Source of the DNA: Minisyncoccota bacterium
Lineage (GTDB): Bacteria > Patescibacteriota > Minisyncoccia > Phycocordibacterales > UBA5272
Assembly (NCBI GenBank): GCA_018062965.1
Contig: JAGORG010000005.1
Span: forward strand, 604 to 64,603
Length of the DNA: 64,000 nt
Reading direction: 5' to 3'
Notes under the pieces: model-generated
Database searches by the model: none
Told to the model about the DNA's origin: nothing
What the model saw: only the letters and a program-made list of their open reading frames with translations
In this document: piece by piece, positions 1-8,509 of the stretch
Layout of the letters: every line of letters starts with the position of its first letter
Numbering within the stretch: the first letter of the stretch is position 1
Program-made: the position numbers and the translations under genes

Positions 1-1168
1 CATTGTTAATCCCTGGAAATGGTTGCGCATGGATTTTGTCTGTAGGAGCAAGTAGTGTTGATGGGCGGATAGTTATATCAACAAGATGTGTCCTTTCGTT
101 TTTTGAAAGGTACTTTTTAGACAGTGTATATTTTTGCCCCATGCGTTTTAGTTTTTCCAGTTCAAGCTCCAGAAAATCAATAGGACAACGTTTGATGGTT
201 AAGGTCGATTTTGTTACGATTGCTGCCGAGATAAAAAACATGCTCTCAATAGGGTCTTCGCTGTTGTAGTGTTCTACTGTGCAATTGATATCTTTTTTTC
301 CATGAATAACAAGTGTTGTTGTGCCTATACCATCAATACGAACACCAAATCGTTCAAGTAAAAAGCAAACATCTTGAACTTGGTAGTTAGGTGGAGCAAA
401 CTTTATAGTTGTAGTTCCGGGTAGTTTCGCTGCTGCAAGTAGTGCGGTAATTGCCCCTGTATCAGATGATTCATACAAAGGAATGGTTGCACCTGGTTTC
501 ATCTCTATGTGTGATATATCGTACTGGTTTTCACGTGTAGTCACGTCTATACCCAAGTACTCCAAAGCATATTTATGAGAAGCGACTGTTCGCTCTCCCA
601 TTTTACATCCACCAGAGTGGGGCAAGAAAAATGAAGGTGAGTAGTGCACAAATGCCCCAGCAAATGTAAATGATCTAATCCGAGCAGCGACATCTTTGTT
701 TATCTTTTTAAGCGAAAGTTTTTTACCAGGTGTGATTTCAAGAGAGGTGTCATTATTAATCCAGCGGATTTTTACGCCAACGCTTTCAAGAAGTTCTTTG
801 TAGCGATACACCTCTTCGATATGGGGAATGCCATGAAGGACTGTTGTTCCGTTGTTGATAAGCGCCGCAACCATCATGTTAACAGCACCGTTTTTTGATG
901 TATTAGTTTCTATTGAGCCAGAGAGTTTTCTCCCGCCTTCTACTTGAAAATCAATAGTATCATTGAGAGATAGAATAGGGCGCTTTAGAACTTCGCTTAT
1001 TTTTGAAAGCTGTTCTATGGTGATGTTTTGGTTACCGCTCTCAATACGAGCTATAACGCTTTGGGTTGTTTTAAGCTCCTTTGCAAACGACTCTTGGGTT
1101 AGTCCTTCAACTTCACGAAGGTGTTTAATAAATTGACCTATCTTTTCTATCTCGGTTGATTCACTCAT
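1..1168 (-). CDS. murA: UDP-N-acetylglucosamine 1-carboxyvinyltransferase (MurA) with an N-terminal HTH-XRE domain. The ORF is continuous and runs off the window start, so the C-terminus is missing.
   Basis: Minus-strand translation from the ATG at 1166-1168 begins MSESTEIEKIGQFIKHLREVEGLTQESFAKELKTTQSVIARIESGNQNITIEQLSKISEV, which is a Cro/C1-type HTH. It continues FQVEGGRKLSGSIETNTSKNGAVNMMVAALINNGTTVLHGIPHIEEV...LPHSGGCKMGERTV, matching the MurA N-terminus and the catalytic-Cys loop (E. coli LPGGCTIGARPVD). I checked the reading frame by hand down to nt 2, and the six-frame ORF track does not list this ORF. Confidence 0.75.
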   Translation of the reverse strand, partial: MSESTEIEKIGQFIKHLREVEGLTQESFAKELKTTQSVIARIESGNQNITIEQLSKISEVLKRPILSLNDTIDFQVEGGRKLSGSIETNTSKNGAVNMMVAALINNGTTVLHGIPHIEEVYRYKELLESVGVKIRWINNDTSLEITPGKKLSLKKINKDVAARIRSFTFAGAFVHYSPSFFLPHSGGCKMGERTVASHKYALEYLGIDVTTRENQYDISHIEMKPGATIPLYESSDTGAITALLAAAKLPGTTTIKFAPPNYQVQDVCFLLERFGVRIDGIGTTTLVIHGKKDINCTVEHYNSEDPIESMFFISAAIVTKSTLTIKRCPIDFLELELEKLKRMGQKYTLSKKYLSKNERTHLVDITIRPSTLLAPTDKIHAQPFPGINN

Positions 1169-1177
1169 AAAAAATAG

Positions 1178-1195
1178 TATAGCATATGTGCTATA
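1178..1195. promoter_or_regulatory. Perfect 18-bp palindrome TATAGCAtatgTGCTATA, 10-27 nt upstream of the HTH-MurA start. It is a candidate operator for the fused HTH domain and overlaps a TGcTATACT -10-like box.
   Basis: The 7-bp inverted arms separated by 4 nt were read directly from the sequence. The position is the divergent promoter region between the murA fusion gene (-) and the membrane protein gene (+). Confidence 0.5.
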
Positions 1196-1266
1196 TAAAA
1201 ATTATGTTGATTAGTAAGAGAAATTAGCATACTTGTATACCTTCAAATGATATACTATGTGGCAGT

Positions 1267-1800
1267 ATGCAGCGCTACAAGTACACCATTTTAATGGTTA
1301 TAACGTTTATTCTTGCCTGGGCTATTGGTAGCTTTAGTGCGATTGATGAGTTTGCTTCTTCTTTTGCTACAACCAATACCATAGTCTTTACTATCATAGC
1401 AGGGGCTATGTATTCGTTTTCGTTTACGGCTGGACTCGCTGTAGTGTTATTTGCTCACGTGCCAGTCGCGGCAGAAACACATATACAACTAGCACTCATC
1501 GGAGCTTTTGGAGGGCTGCTCGCAGACTTGCTGATATTTAGATTTATCAAAGACGTGATTCTTCATGAGTTGGGTAAAAAAGCCGAGGCGTTTATCGCTC
1601 GAGAGACTCGCTCGCGCGGTCGGCGCATTATTATGCAGATTATAGGCGCGATCATTATTGCTTCTCCATTCCCAGATGAAATAGGGCTCACGTTTATGGG
1701 CTTGTCTCATATCACCTTTTGGCGACTCGTTATCCTCACTTATGTCTTGGATGCTATAGGTATTTATATTCTTATTTCTGCAGTTACAAGTTTTGTGTAG
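1267..1800 (+). CDS. Small polytopic membrane protein of unknown function
   Basis: The 177-aa ORF has several hydrophobic segments (ILMVITFILAWAIGSF, LAVVLFAHVPVAA, IIGAIIIASPF, LVILTYVLDAIGIYILI). I recognised no motif. Confidence 0.45.
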   Translation: MQRYKYTILMVITFILAWAIGSFSAIDEFASSFATTNTIVFTIIAGAMYSFSFTAGLAVVLFAHVPVAAETHIQLALIGAFGGLLADLLIFRFIKDVILHELGKKAEAFIARETRSRGRRIIMQIIGAIIIASPFPDEIGLTFMGLSHITFWRLVILTYVLDAIGIYILISAVTSFV

Positions 1801-1801
1801 C

Positions 1802-3538
1802 TTATACCTGATGAGCAATCAAAGACTGGTAGTGCGATGATGTTTTGATAAGTTCCTCATGTGTTCCTTCGCCGACAATAACGCCTTTATCCATGACAAT
1901 TATTTTGTCAGCGTCTTTTACAGTAGAAAGACGATGCGCAATGATGATGGTTGTTTTACCTTTAGAAACATTATTAATAGCCTCCATGACTTTTGATTCG
2001 TTTTCTGTATCAAGCGCTGATGTTGCTTCGTCAAAGATAAGTATCTCTGGGTCTCTAATAATTGCACGCGCAATACCGATACGCTGACGTTCGCCTCCTG
2101 AGAGTTTGATGCCTCGTTCTCCGATAACGGTTTCAAACTTTGCTTCACCGAGGCGATGATAAAACTCTGTTATGCGTGCTTGTGTAGCAACCTGTTCTAA
2201 TTCCTTCTCTGCTTTTTTCTTTTGCTTATCATCAACACCCATCAAGATATTTTCTCTGATAGTTTCATCAAAAAGATCGACGTGTTGCTCTACGTATCCT
2301 ATATGTGAACGTAAATAAGATCCTTCTATCATTCGTAGTTCGTTATCTCCTAATCTAATAGACCCTTCTTGATAGTCATAGATGCGAAGAAGTAGTTTAA
2401 CGATAGTTGATTTTCCAGATCCAGAGCTTCCAACAAACGCAACTTTTTTGCCTTGTGGAATAGTAAATGAAAGGTTAGTAAAGAGGGGTGTGGTACTTGC
2501 TGGATAGCGGAAGCTTACTTGAGAAAAAACAATATCACCCGCTACCTGAGCTCGTTTCCCTGATTCTTCAAAGTGAGGTTGTGTATCAATAATATGAAGA
2601 TACTTTTCAAGTTCAGTAAAACGAAGCGGCATTTGACGAAGCGCTCGAATGATATTAAATATCTGACTGTTTGCTTCAGTTATGTATGACCAAATAGCAT
2701 AGATTGACCCAGCGGTGAGTGTGCCGATATAGGCAAGGTAAATAATCGCACATGTGCTCATTGCTCGTGTGATATTAAAGAACGCCCAGCGTTTATTGCT
2801 ATGAGCTATCTGTTTGTTCCAGACAAATTTCTTGTAGTCTAAAAATTCTTGGCGGTTATTGAGGTACTTTTTTATATAGAAGCTTTCAGCCCCAAGTGTT
2901 CTAATAAGGCTAAGGTGTTGGAATGATTCGGTGCGGATACGCTTCTGCTTGTCCCAATTGTCAACGTCTTGTTTTATGAACGGTCTGTGGTAGCTTGCAA
3001 AGTAGTTACTCCATAGTATTCCTATGACAAGTACACCCGCTGTGAAAAGTGCTATAGGAATTGAATAAAACCCAATAGCAATAACAGCAAAGAGGGTTTG
3101 GGTTACGGTTGGAAGTATGGTGAGTACTATTGTGGAAATGATTTCCTCCGCTGCACCTTCGCCACGGTTTACAACTTGCTCTTTTACGGCAGAGTGATCT
3201 TCTGAATATTGTGAAATATTGAGTTTGAAAATTTTCTCAAACGAGTACTTTTCTAAATGTTGTTGTATAGCAAAATCAATCTTGTTTTGCCCATGAAGAT
3301 CTGTGAAGTAGGATATAACAACACGCACAAGAATGATTACAAGATTAAAAGCTGTTATCTCTACAGCAAGTCTATAATCAGCGCCAATGATTGCATCAAG
3401 TGATTTTGCTACAAGGAAAATGCTAAAGATACCCATTGCTTGCTGAACAATAATTGAAGCAACTTGAATATAGAAGTCTTTGTGGAAATCCTTAAGTAAC
3501 CTCCATAGGCGAAGGATGAGAAAAAAATATTTTTTCAT
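1802..3538 (-). CDS. ABC exporter with fused permease and ATPase (MsbA/lipid A exporter-like)
   Basis: An N-terminal 6-TM region is followed by Walker A GSSGSGKST, the ABC signature LSGGERQRIGIARAI and Walker B ILIFDEATSALD. Confidence 0.85.
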   Translation of the reverse strand: MKKYFFLILRLWRLLKDFHKDFYIQVASIIVQQAMGIFSIFLVAKSLDAIIGADYRLAVEITAFNLVIILVRVVISYFTDLHGQNKIDFAIQQHLEKYSFEKIFKLNISQYSEDHSAVKEQVVNRGEGAAEEIISTIVLTILPTVTQTLFAVIAIGFYSIPIALFTAGVLVIGILWSNYFASYHRPFIKQDVDNWDKQKRIRTESFQHLSLIRTLGAESFYIKKYLNNRQEFLDYKKFVWNKQIAHSNKRWAFFNITRAMSTCAIIYLAYIGTLTAGSIYAIWSYITEANSQIFNIIRALRQMPLRFTELEKYLHIIDTQPHFEESGKRAQVAGDIVFSQVSFRYPASTTPLFTNLSFTIPQGKKVAFVGSSGSGKSTIVKLLLRIYDYQEGSIRLGDNELRMIEGSYLRSHIGYVEQHVDLFDETIRENILMGVDDKQKKKAEKELEQVATQARITEFYHRLGEAKFETVIGERGIKLSGGERQRIGIARAIIRDPEILIFDEATSALDTENESKVMEAINNVSKGKTTIIIAHRLSTVKDADKIIVMDKGVIVGEGTHEELIKTSSHYQSLIAHQV

Positions 3539-3557
3539 GAATGTTTACGGTTAAAAC

Positions 3558-4475
3558 TTAAGCGTGTAGGTGAAGGTAGATGTCTTCAAGAGCTCGTACG
3601 GCGTCTCCCGCTGCGATGTTGTTTTGATGATAGAGTACATCTGTACAATCTCCGGCAGCCCAGATACCTTGTACGCTTGTTTCTTGTGTGCGTGGGTTAA
3701 TAATAATATTTTTTGTTGGGCTAAGATCAAGAAGGTTTTCAACGAAAGATGTTGCGGGGATTTGCCCGATTTCAACAAACACTGCAGCAACAGGAAGTTT
3801 TATTTCTTCACCAGAACCATCTGTGTAGCTGAGCGACTCCACAAACACAGACCCTTCTACTTTTGTTGGAACAGCGTTTTCGATCAGTTTAAAGTTCGGG
3901 TGTCGTTTTAGTTTTTCTACGGTGATAGCGTCAGCTTTTGGTGCGCTGCGAGAAAGAAGAGTTACACTTTTGCAGTAGGCGAGCAGTTGAGCTGCAGATT
4001 CAAACCCAGCATTACCTCCACCAACCACAACAACATCCATGCCACCAAAAAGTGGTCCATCACATGACGCACAGTAGGTGAGACCTTTATGTTCAAACGT
4101 GTCAGCTCCAGGAACTTCAAGTTTTCTTCGTGCTGAACCAGTAGAGACGAGCACTGTTTTTGTTAGGTATGTTTCAGTGGTTGTTGTAACAGTAAAGTCC
4201 CCATCTGTTCCAGATATGGCACTCACTTCACCTTCTACAATAGATAGAATGTCTCCTTTGTATTCCTCAACGTGTGCACGGAGAGATGTTGCTAGCTGTG
4301 CCCCAGAGATGTGTGGTGTACCAATCCAGTTTTGAATATCGTCAGAGACGATAGACTGGCCTCCCCATTCCTTGAGAATGAGTAGTGTTTTGAGTTGTTT
4401 TCGAGCAGCATATACAGCTGCCGCAGTTCCAGCAGGGCCTCCACCGATAATAACAAGGTCGTAGATAGTAGACAT
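3558..4475 (-). CDS. trxB: Thioredoxin-disulfide reductase
   Basis: FAD motif IIGGGPAGTAAAVYAARK, redox-active CASCDG, and NADPH motif VVGGGNAGFESAAQL. The ORF-track start at 4493 is a GTG, and the internal ATG (MSTIYDLVIIGGG) at 4475 is the likelier start. Confidence 0.9.
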   Translation of the reverse strand: MSTIYDLVIIGGGPAGTAAAVYAARKQLKTLLILKEWGGQSIVSDDIQNWIGTPHISGAQLATSLRAHVEEYKGDILSIVEGEVSAISGTDGDFTVTTTTETYLTKTVLVSTGSARRKLEVPGADTFEHKGLTYCASCDGPLFGGMDVVVVGGGNAGFESAAQLLAYCKSVTLLSRSAPKADAITVEKLKRHPNFKLIENAVPTKVEGSVFVESLSYTDGSGEEIKLPVAAVFVEIGQIPATSFVENLLDLSPTKNIIINPRTQETSVQGIWAAGDCTDVLYHQNNIAAGDAVRALEDIYLHLHA

Positions 4476-4490
4476 AGAGTAACAGTGTAA

Positions 4491-4521
4491 CACATGAGCC
4501 GCCCGTAGGGCGGCTCATGTG
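4491..4521. promoter_or_regulatory. Perfect 14-bp-stem hairpin CACATGAGCCGCCC-tac-GGGCGGCTCATGTG in the trxB leader and ftsZ downstream region
   Basis: The inverted repeat was read directly from the sequence, and there is no U-tract on either strand. Two copies of a 13-15 bp palindrome ATTTTC(A/T)GAAAAT lie at 4532-4546 and 4642-4656. Confidence 0.4.
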
Positions 4522-4654
4522 TGCGAAACAGAATTTTCAGAAAATTGTTTTATATGTGAGGCGCGGGGGATGTTTCGACGGAGACGTAGATACTGCTACG
4601 TTGACCGAGAAACATGGGGCCCGCAACAAAGCAGATGAGACGATTTTCTGAAAA

Positions 4655-5908
4655 TTATTTCTTGCGGCGCAGGAATGGTGGAAGAGCCTCCCAGTCATCG
4701 TCTTCTTCCTCGTCATCGTCAAACTTAAATACAGGTTTCTTATTTGCTTTTCGGCGGTCCGCAGATTCAACTTCTTCCGTCGTTGCTGTTACGCTGTTAT
4801 CGATACGTTTGTCATCAGATTTGACCTCTTCTTTTGATTCTTCGATAGCTTCTTTGATAGTCTCACGCTTTTCAAGTCGTGGTTCAGGAAGTACTACTTC
4901 AGCATCTCGCTTCTCGCTTATAGATGACTGTGATGAATGTGAACGTCCAAATCCAGCAGGGAATCCAGTTGCGATAACAGTTACCTTCACCTCATCTTTC
5001 TTAAGTGTTGGATCAGATGCAATACCAAAGATAATCTTAGCGTCTTTATCAACAGATTCAGTGATAATCTTTGCTGCTTCTTGAACTTCAAGCATTCCTA
5101 GGTCTTCAGATCCATAAATTGCAAACAGTACACCTTTTGCTCCATGAATTGAAACATCAAGGAGAGGTGAGTTAACTGCAGCAGTTGCTGCTTCACGTGC
5201 ACGGTTTTCACCCATACCTCGCCCTACACCCATAAGCGCTGTTCCAGAATCCTTGAGAATCCGTTTGATATCTGCAAAGTCGAGGTTGATTGTTCCTGCT
5301 GTGCGGATAATATCTGAAATACCTTCTACGGCTTGCTTAAGAACCTCGTCACACATTTCAAACGCTTGCTTTACTGATGTATTTTTGTCGATAACAGAGA
5401 GGAGTCTGTCGTTTGGGATAACAATGAGAGCATCAACTTCTTTTTCAAGCTCTTCAAGTCCTCGTTCTGCGAGCTTCATGCGAGATGCACCTTCAAAGAA
5501 GAATGGCTTTGTTACTACACCAACCGTAAGGATGCCTTCGTTCTTTGCAATCGACGCAACTACCGGTGCTGCACCAGTTCCGGTTCCTCCACCCATACCA
5601 CCTGCGATGAATACCATGTCAGCGCCTTTGATGACATCTTGCACTTCTTCACGAGTTTCTTCCGCAGAACGTTTACCAATTTCTGGGTCCATGCCAGCCC
5701 CAAGACCTTTGGTGAGATTTTTTCCAATATGAATTTTCTTTTCTGCGAGTGAGTGATGAAGGTCTTGCGTGTCAGTGTTCATCGCGATGAACTCAACTCC
5801 TTGGAGTTTGGAGTTGATCATGTGATTGAGCGCGCCTTTTCCTGATCCACCGATACCGATGACTTTAATGCGGGCAAAACTTTCGATTTCTGGGTTTACT
5901 TTTGGCAT
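4655..5908 (-). CDS. ftsZ: Cell division protein FtsZ
   Basis: Tubulin signature GGGTGTGAAPVVA, and a C-terminal conserved peptide DDWEALPPFLRRKK after a low-complexity linker. Confidence 0.95.
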   Translation of the reverse strand: MPKVNPEIESFARIKVIGIGGSGKGALNHMINSKLQGVEFIAMNTDTQDLHHSLAEKKIHIGKNLTKGLGAGMDPEIGKRSAEETREEVQDVIKGADMVFIAGGMGGGTGTGAAPVVASIAKNEGILTVGVVTKPFFFEGASRMKLAERGLEELEKEVDALIVIPNDRLLSVIDKNTSVKQAFEMCDEVLKQAVEGISDIIRTAGTINLDFADIKRILKDSGTALMGVGRGMGENRAREAATAAVNSPLLDVSIHGAKGVLFAIYGSEDLGMLEVQEAAKIITESVDKDAKIIFGIASDPTLKKDEVKVTVIATGFPAGFGRSHSSQSSISEKRDAEVVLPEPRLEKRETIKEAIEESKEEVKSDDKRIDNSVTATTEEVESADRRKANKKPVFKFDDDEEEDDDWEALPPFLRRKK

Positions 5909-6007
5909 GGTGAGTACGTTAATTTAGTATGTAGTAACTATATCACTTTTAGGTGAGTTTTTGCAAAGATATTTTTCTAGCCAGAAATTCTAAAAAACCC
6001 TTGTAAA

Positions 6008-7174
6008 CTAAGGTAAAAATTGACCAAAGAAGCCCTTGACGCGAGCAAAAAATGATGTCAGTACCAAGCGTATAACCTCTACTTGAGACTCATGTGGAGC
6101 TAGAAATGTGAGGCCGTATGCGCGTGCCCATGTTGTGTCTCGCAAGCTGTCGTTAGATATGCGAGCAAGTTCATTTGTTGTGATGGTGATAGGTAGACGT
6201 AAATCACGACGTAGAAGAACGTCAAGGTTTGGTATATGCATGCTGCCACCAGTTACGATAACGCCAGCAGGGAGAAGTTCTTTGCGGTGAATGCGATCAA
6301 GTTCTTTATTTATTTTTATACAAAGATCTTCGATACGTGCTTCGATAATTTCTTCTAACTTCCTTCGTGCGTTTGTTTGTAGTTTTCCGCATTTGATGTC
6401 TTCAGCTTCTTGAAGAGATACTTTTAGCCCAAGAGCAATATCTTTTGTAATATCATCTCCTCCAACTGGAATCGTCGAAACAAGAAGAGGGACATTGTTC
6501 TCATAGACAAGTAATGATGTCACCCCAGATCCGATAGATAAAAGAAGAACACCGGCAACCTTTTGTTTTTTTGTAAGGAGTGCAACGCTTTCAGCAATTG
6601 GTCCTGCTACTATATCGGTTACGCGAATACGTCCTTCTTTAAGTGTCTCCTTGAACAGTTCCATGTGTGTTTCCGGATATGTTACAAAGAGGGTTTTTAC
6701 TTCGAGTTTGTTGCCATGCATACCAAGCACGTCCCCAGGTACATCATTTCCATCTAGTTTGTATTTAAGTGGAATTGTATGAATGATAGCTTTGTTTCGT
6801 ATATCAGGAACTCCTTTGTGAGCGTCTTTGATGGCGTTGTCGACATCGAGTTCTGTCACTTGCGCATCTCCACGTGTAACACGAGTGTGTCCGTTTGCGT
6901 GGTGTGACGATATAGGAACCGCAGACAAAGCAACAAGTGTATGGGCAATAGGGAGTTCGGTGTCTTTTGTTATTGAATCAAGAGCATCCTCAAGCATAAG
7001 GGCAACTTCGTCCTTGTCTTTGATTGCACCACGTTCTATGCCCTCAAGATGTTTTTTGTAGCTAGCAACAACGGTAGGGAATCTCTTGCCTTCTTCTTGG
7101 ATGCATCCTAAAGCACGTATATACGTGCTTCCGATATCAATACCGACAATGAGAGATTCTTTTCGTTTAGCCAC
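6008..7174 (-). CDS. ftsA: Cell division protein FtsA (actin-like ATPase)
   Basis: LIVGIDIGSTYIRAL phosphate-1 motif, GGDDITKD, VIVTGGSMHIPN, and a position adjacent to ftsZ. The start appears to be GTG. Confidence 0.9.
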   Translation of the reverse strand: MAKRKESLIVGIDIGSTYIRALGCIQEEGKRFPTVVASYKKHLEGIERGAIKDKDEVALMLEDALDSITKDTELPIAHTLVALSAVPISSHHANGHTRVTRGDAQVTELDVDNAIKDAHKGVPDIRNKAIIHTIPLKYKLDGNDVPGDVLGMHGNKLEVKTLFVTYPETHMELFKETLKEGRIRVTDIVAGPIAESVALLTKKQKVAGVLLLSIGSGVTSLLVYENNVPLLVSTIPVGGDDITKDIALGLKVSLQEAEDIKCGKLQTNARRKLEEIIEARIEDLCIKINKELDRIHRKELLPAGVIVTGGSMHIPNLDVLLRRDLRLPITITTNELARISNDSLRDTTWARAYGLTFLAPHESQVEVIRLVLTSFFARVKGFFGQFLP

Positions 7175-7188
7175 AAGTGGTGATTGGT

Positions 7189-7584
7189 TTATTTATGAAA
7201 AAATTGCTTGAGATGCTTTTCTTCCAGTGAGTCCATTGTACTACCATGGTCGTGTCCTTTCAAATGGAGACATCCATGAATAACAAGGAGATGAAGGAAT
7301 TGATCGTATGTCATGTCAAACTTTTTTGCATCTCTTCGGGCAATAGAAAGACAGATATAGATTTCACCTGTGCGTTCATCAAGCGGAAATGAAAGAATGT
7401 TTGTTGGATAGTCTTTGTCGCGATAGGTCTTGTTTCGATCCTGAGACTCTTGCGGTGTGCAAAATATAACTGTCAGGTCATAGGACTTTCCAAGGAGCTT
7501 ATCTTTAATCTCCAAAAACGGTACGTTTGGCAACGTACCGTTTTTTCGTATAACTGTGAGATTCTTTGTTTCTAGAATCGCCAT
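7189..7584 (-). CDS. ybeY: rRNA maturation endoribonuclease YbeY
   Basis: HGCLHLKGHDH zinc-binding motif, about 130 aa. Confidence 0.85.
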   Translation of the reverse strand: MAILETKNLTVIRKNGTLPNVPFLEIKDKLLGKSYDLTVIFCTPQESQDRNKTYRDKDYPTNILSFPLDERTGEIYICLSIARRDAKKFDMTYDQFLHLLVIHGCLHLKGHDHGSTMDSLEEKHLKQFFHK

Positions 7585-7590
7585 AGGGTA

Positions 7591-7836
7591 TTATCTGCGT
7601 TTCTTTTTTTCTACAAGCTTACCCATTCGCTTTGCAAGTTCGTATTTTTCTTTTCCAGCAAGCTTCTTCATCTTTGCTTTCTTTACTTTGAGGTCAGAAA
7701 GAGCTCGATCGCTGTAGCGAAGTGAGCGAACACGTGGGAGAACCCCAGATTCCTGAACCTTCTTCTGGAAACGACGAAGGAGAGAAAGAGCGTTTTCTCC
7801 ACCGTTCTTGATTACTTGTACGTTAACGTTTGACAT
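7591..7836 (-). CDS. rpsU: 30S ribosomal protein S21
   Basis: From the internal ATG: MSNVNVQVIKNGGENALSLLRRFQKKVQESGVLPRVRSLRYSDRALSDLKVKKAKMKKLAGKEKYELAKRMGK, which resembles bS21 (VxV..NE..E.ALRRFKR...G.L.E.R.R..Y.KP). TTATAAT lies 9 nt upstream. Confidence 0.8.
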   Translation of the reverse strand: MSNVNVQVIKNGGENALSLLRRFQKKVQESGVLPRVRSLRYSDRALSDLKVKKAKMKKLAGKEKYELAKRMGKLVEKKKRR

Positions 7837-7945
7837 AGTGGGCTCTATTATAACACAGCAAAAAGCGATTAGCAATTAGCTTTTAGAGGAAAATAAAAAG
7901 CCCCCATGTTCTTGGGTTGCTTTTGAAATGTGCTTAGCGTGATGT

Positions 7946-8395
7946 TTACTTGGTCTTTTTTGCAAGTTTGCCAACGGTAAGTCCTTTGGCTAAGAGTACC
8001 TCTCTGATTTCATTCAGGGATTTGCGCCCAAGATTCGCTATTTTTAATAGATCGTCCTCAGTTAGTTTGAGTAAATCGCCAATCGTTTGGATATTTTCCA
8101 TACGCAGAAGGTTGGCTGTTCTTACGGTTAGTTCAAGCCTGTCGATTGACTCAGCGGAAAAAGTCTCCTCTGAAGTCAAAGGGGCGGTTTGTCCTTTTAT
8201 CAAGGAGTCGAGGCGGTCGCGTTCTTTGGCGAGAGGAAGGACAACCTTACCTGCGGCCTTCTCTAGATCTTCATGTTCCTGTTGTAGTAATCCAATTTGG
8301 AGCTTGATTTCACCTTGTCGAGCTTTAATCCGGATGAGTTCCTCTTCCAGTTCTCTCAGGTTGAGAATTGGCACAGAGTTTCCTGTTGCTGCCAT
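7946..8395 (-). CDS. Standalone alpha-CTD-like protein (RNA polymerase alpha C-terminal domain fold) with an N-terminal coiled coil
   Basis: The C-terminal half, [59 protein letters not shown], aligns with E. coli RpoA alpha-CTD ([58 protein letters not shown]). The N-terminal half is heptad-like ([32 protein letters not shown]). A strong Shine-Dalgarno site, GGAGG, sits 6 nt before the ATG, which is unusual for this genome. Confidence 0.6.
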   Translation of the reverse strand: MAATGNSVPILNLRELEEELIRIKARQGEIKLQIGLLQQEHEDLEKAAGKVVLPLAKERDRLDSLIKGQTAPLTSEETFSAESIDRLELTVRTANLLRMENIQTIGDLLKLTEDDLLKIANLGRKSLNEIREVLLAKGLTVGKLAKKTK

Positions 8396-8509
8396 GAGTT
8401 GCCTCCTAAGTAATAATGAACAAATGTAAAATTCACACTACATGTAAAATGTAACATTGTCAATGAAATGTTTATTCGCTGAAAAGACTGTGAGCAGGGT
8501 AGAGTGTTG

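Noticed and set aside
3-269. Plus-strand 88-aa ORF at the window start
   Set aside because: It lies entirely antisense to the well-supported MurA reading frame and has no motif or translation signals, so it is likely spurious.
4614-5732. Plus-strand ORFs (156 aa Ser-rich, 159 aa) inside ftsZ
   Set aside because: They are antisense to ftsZ and have low-complexity compositions that are artefacts of the opposite-strand coding sequence.
8396-8509. Repeated ATGTAAAAT motifs upstream of the alpha-CTD gene as a regulatory array
   Set aside because: There are only two short copies in AT-rich DNA, which is within chance expectation. A -35-like TTGACA is present, but the -10 box is weak.
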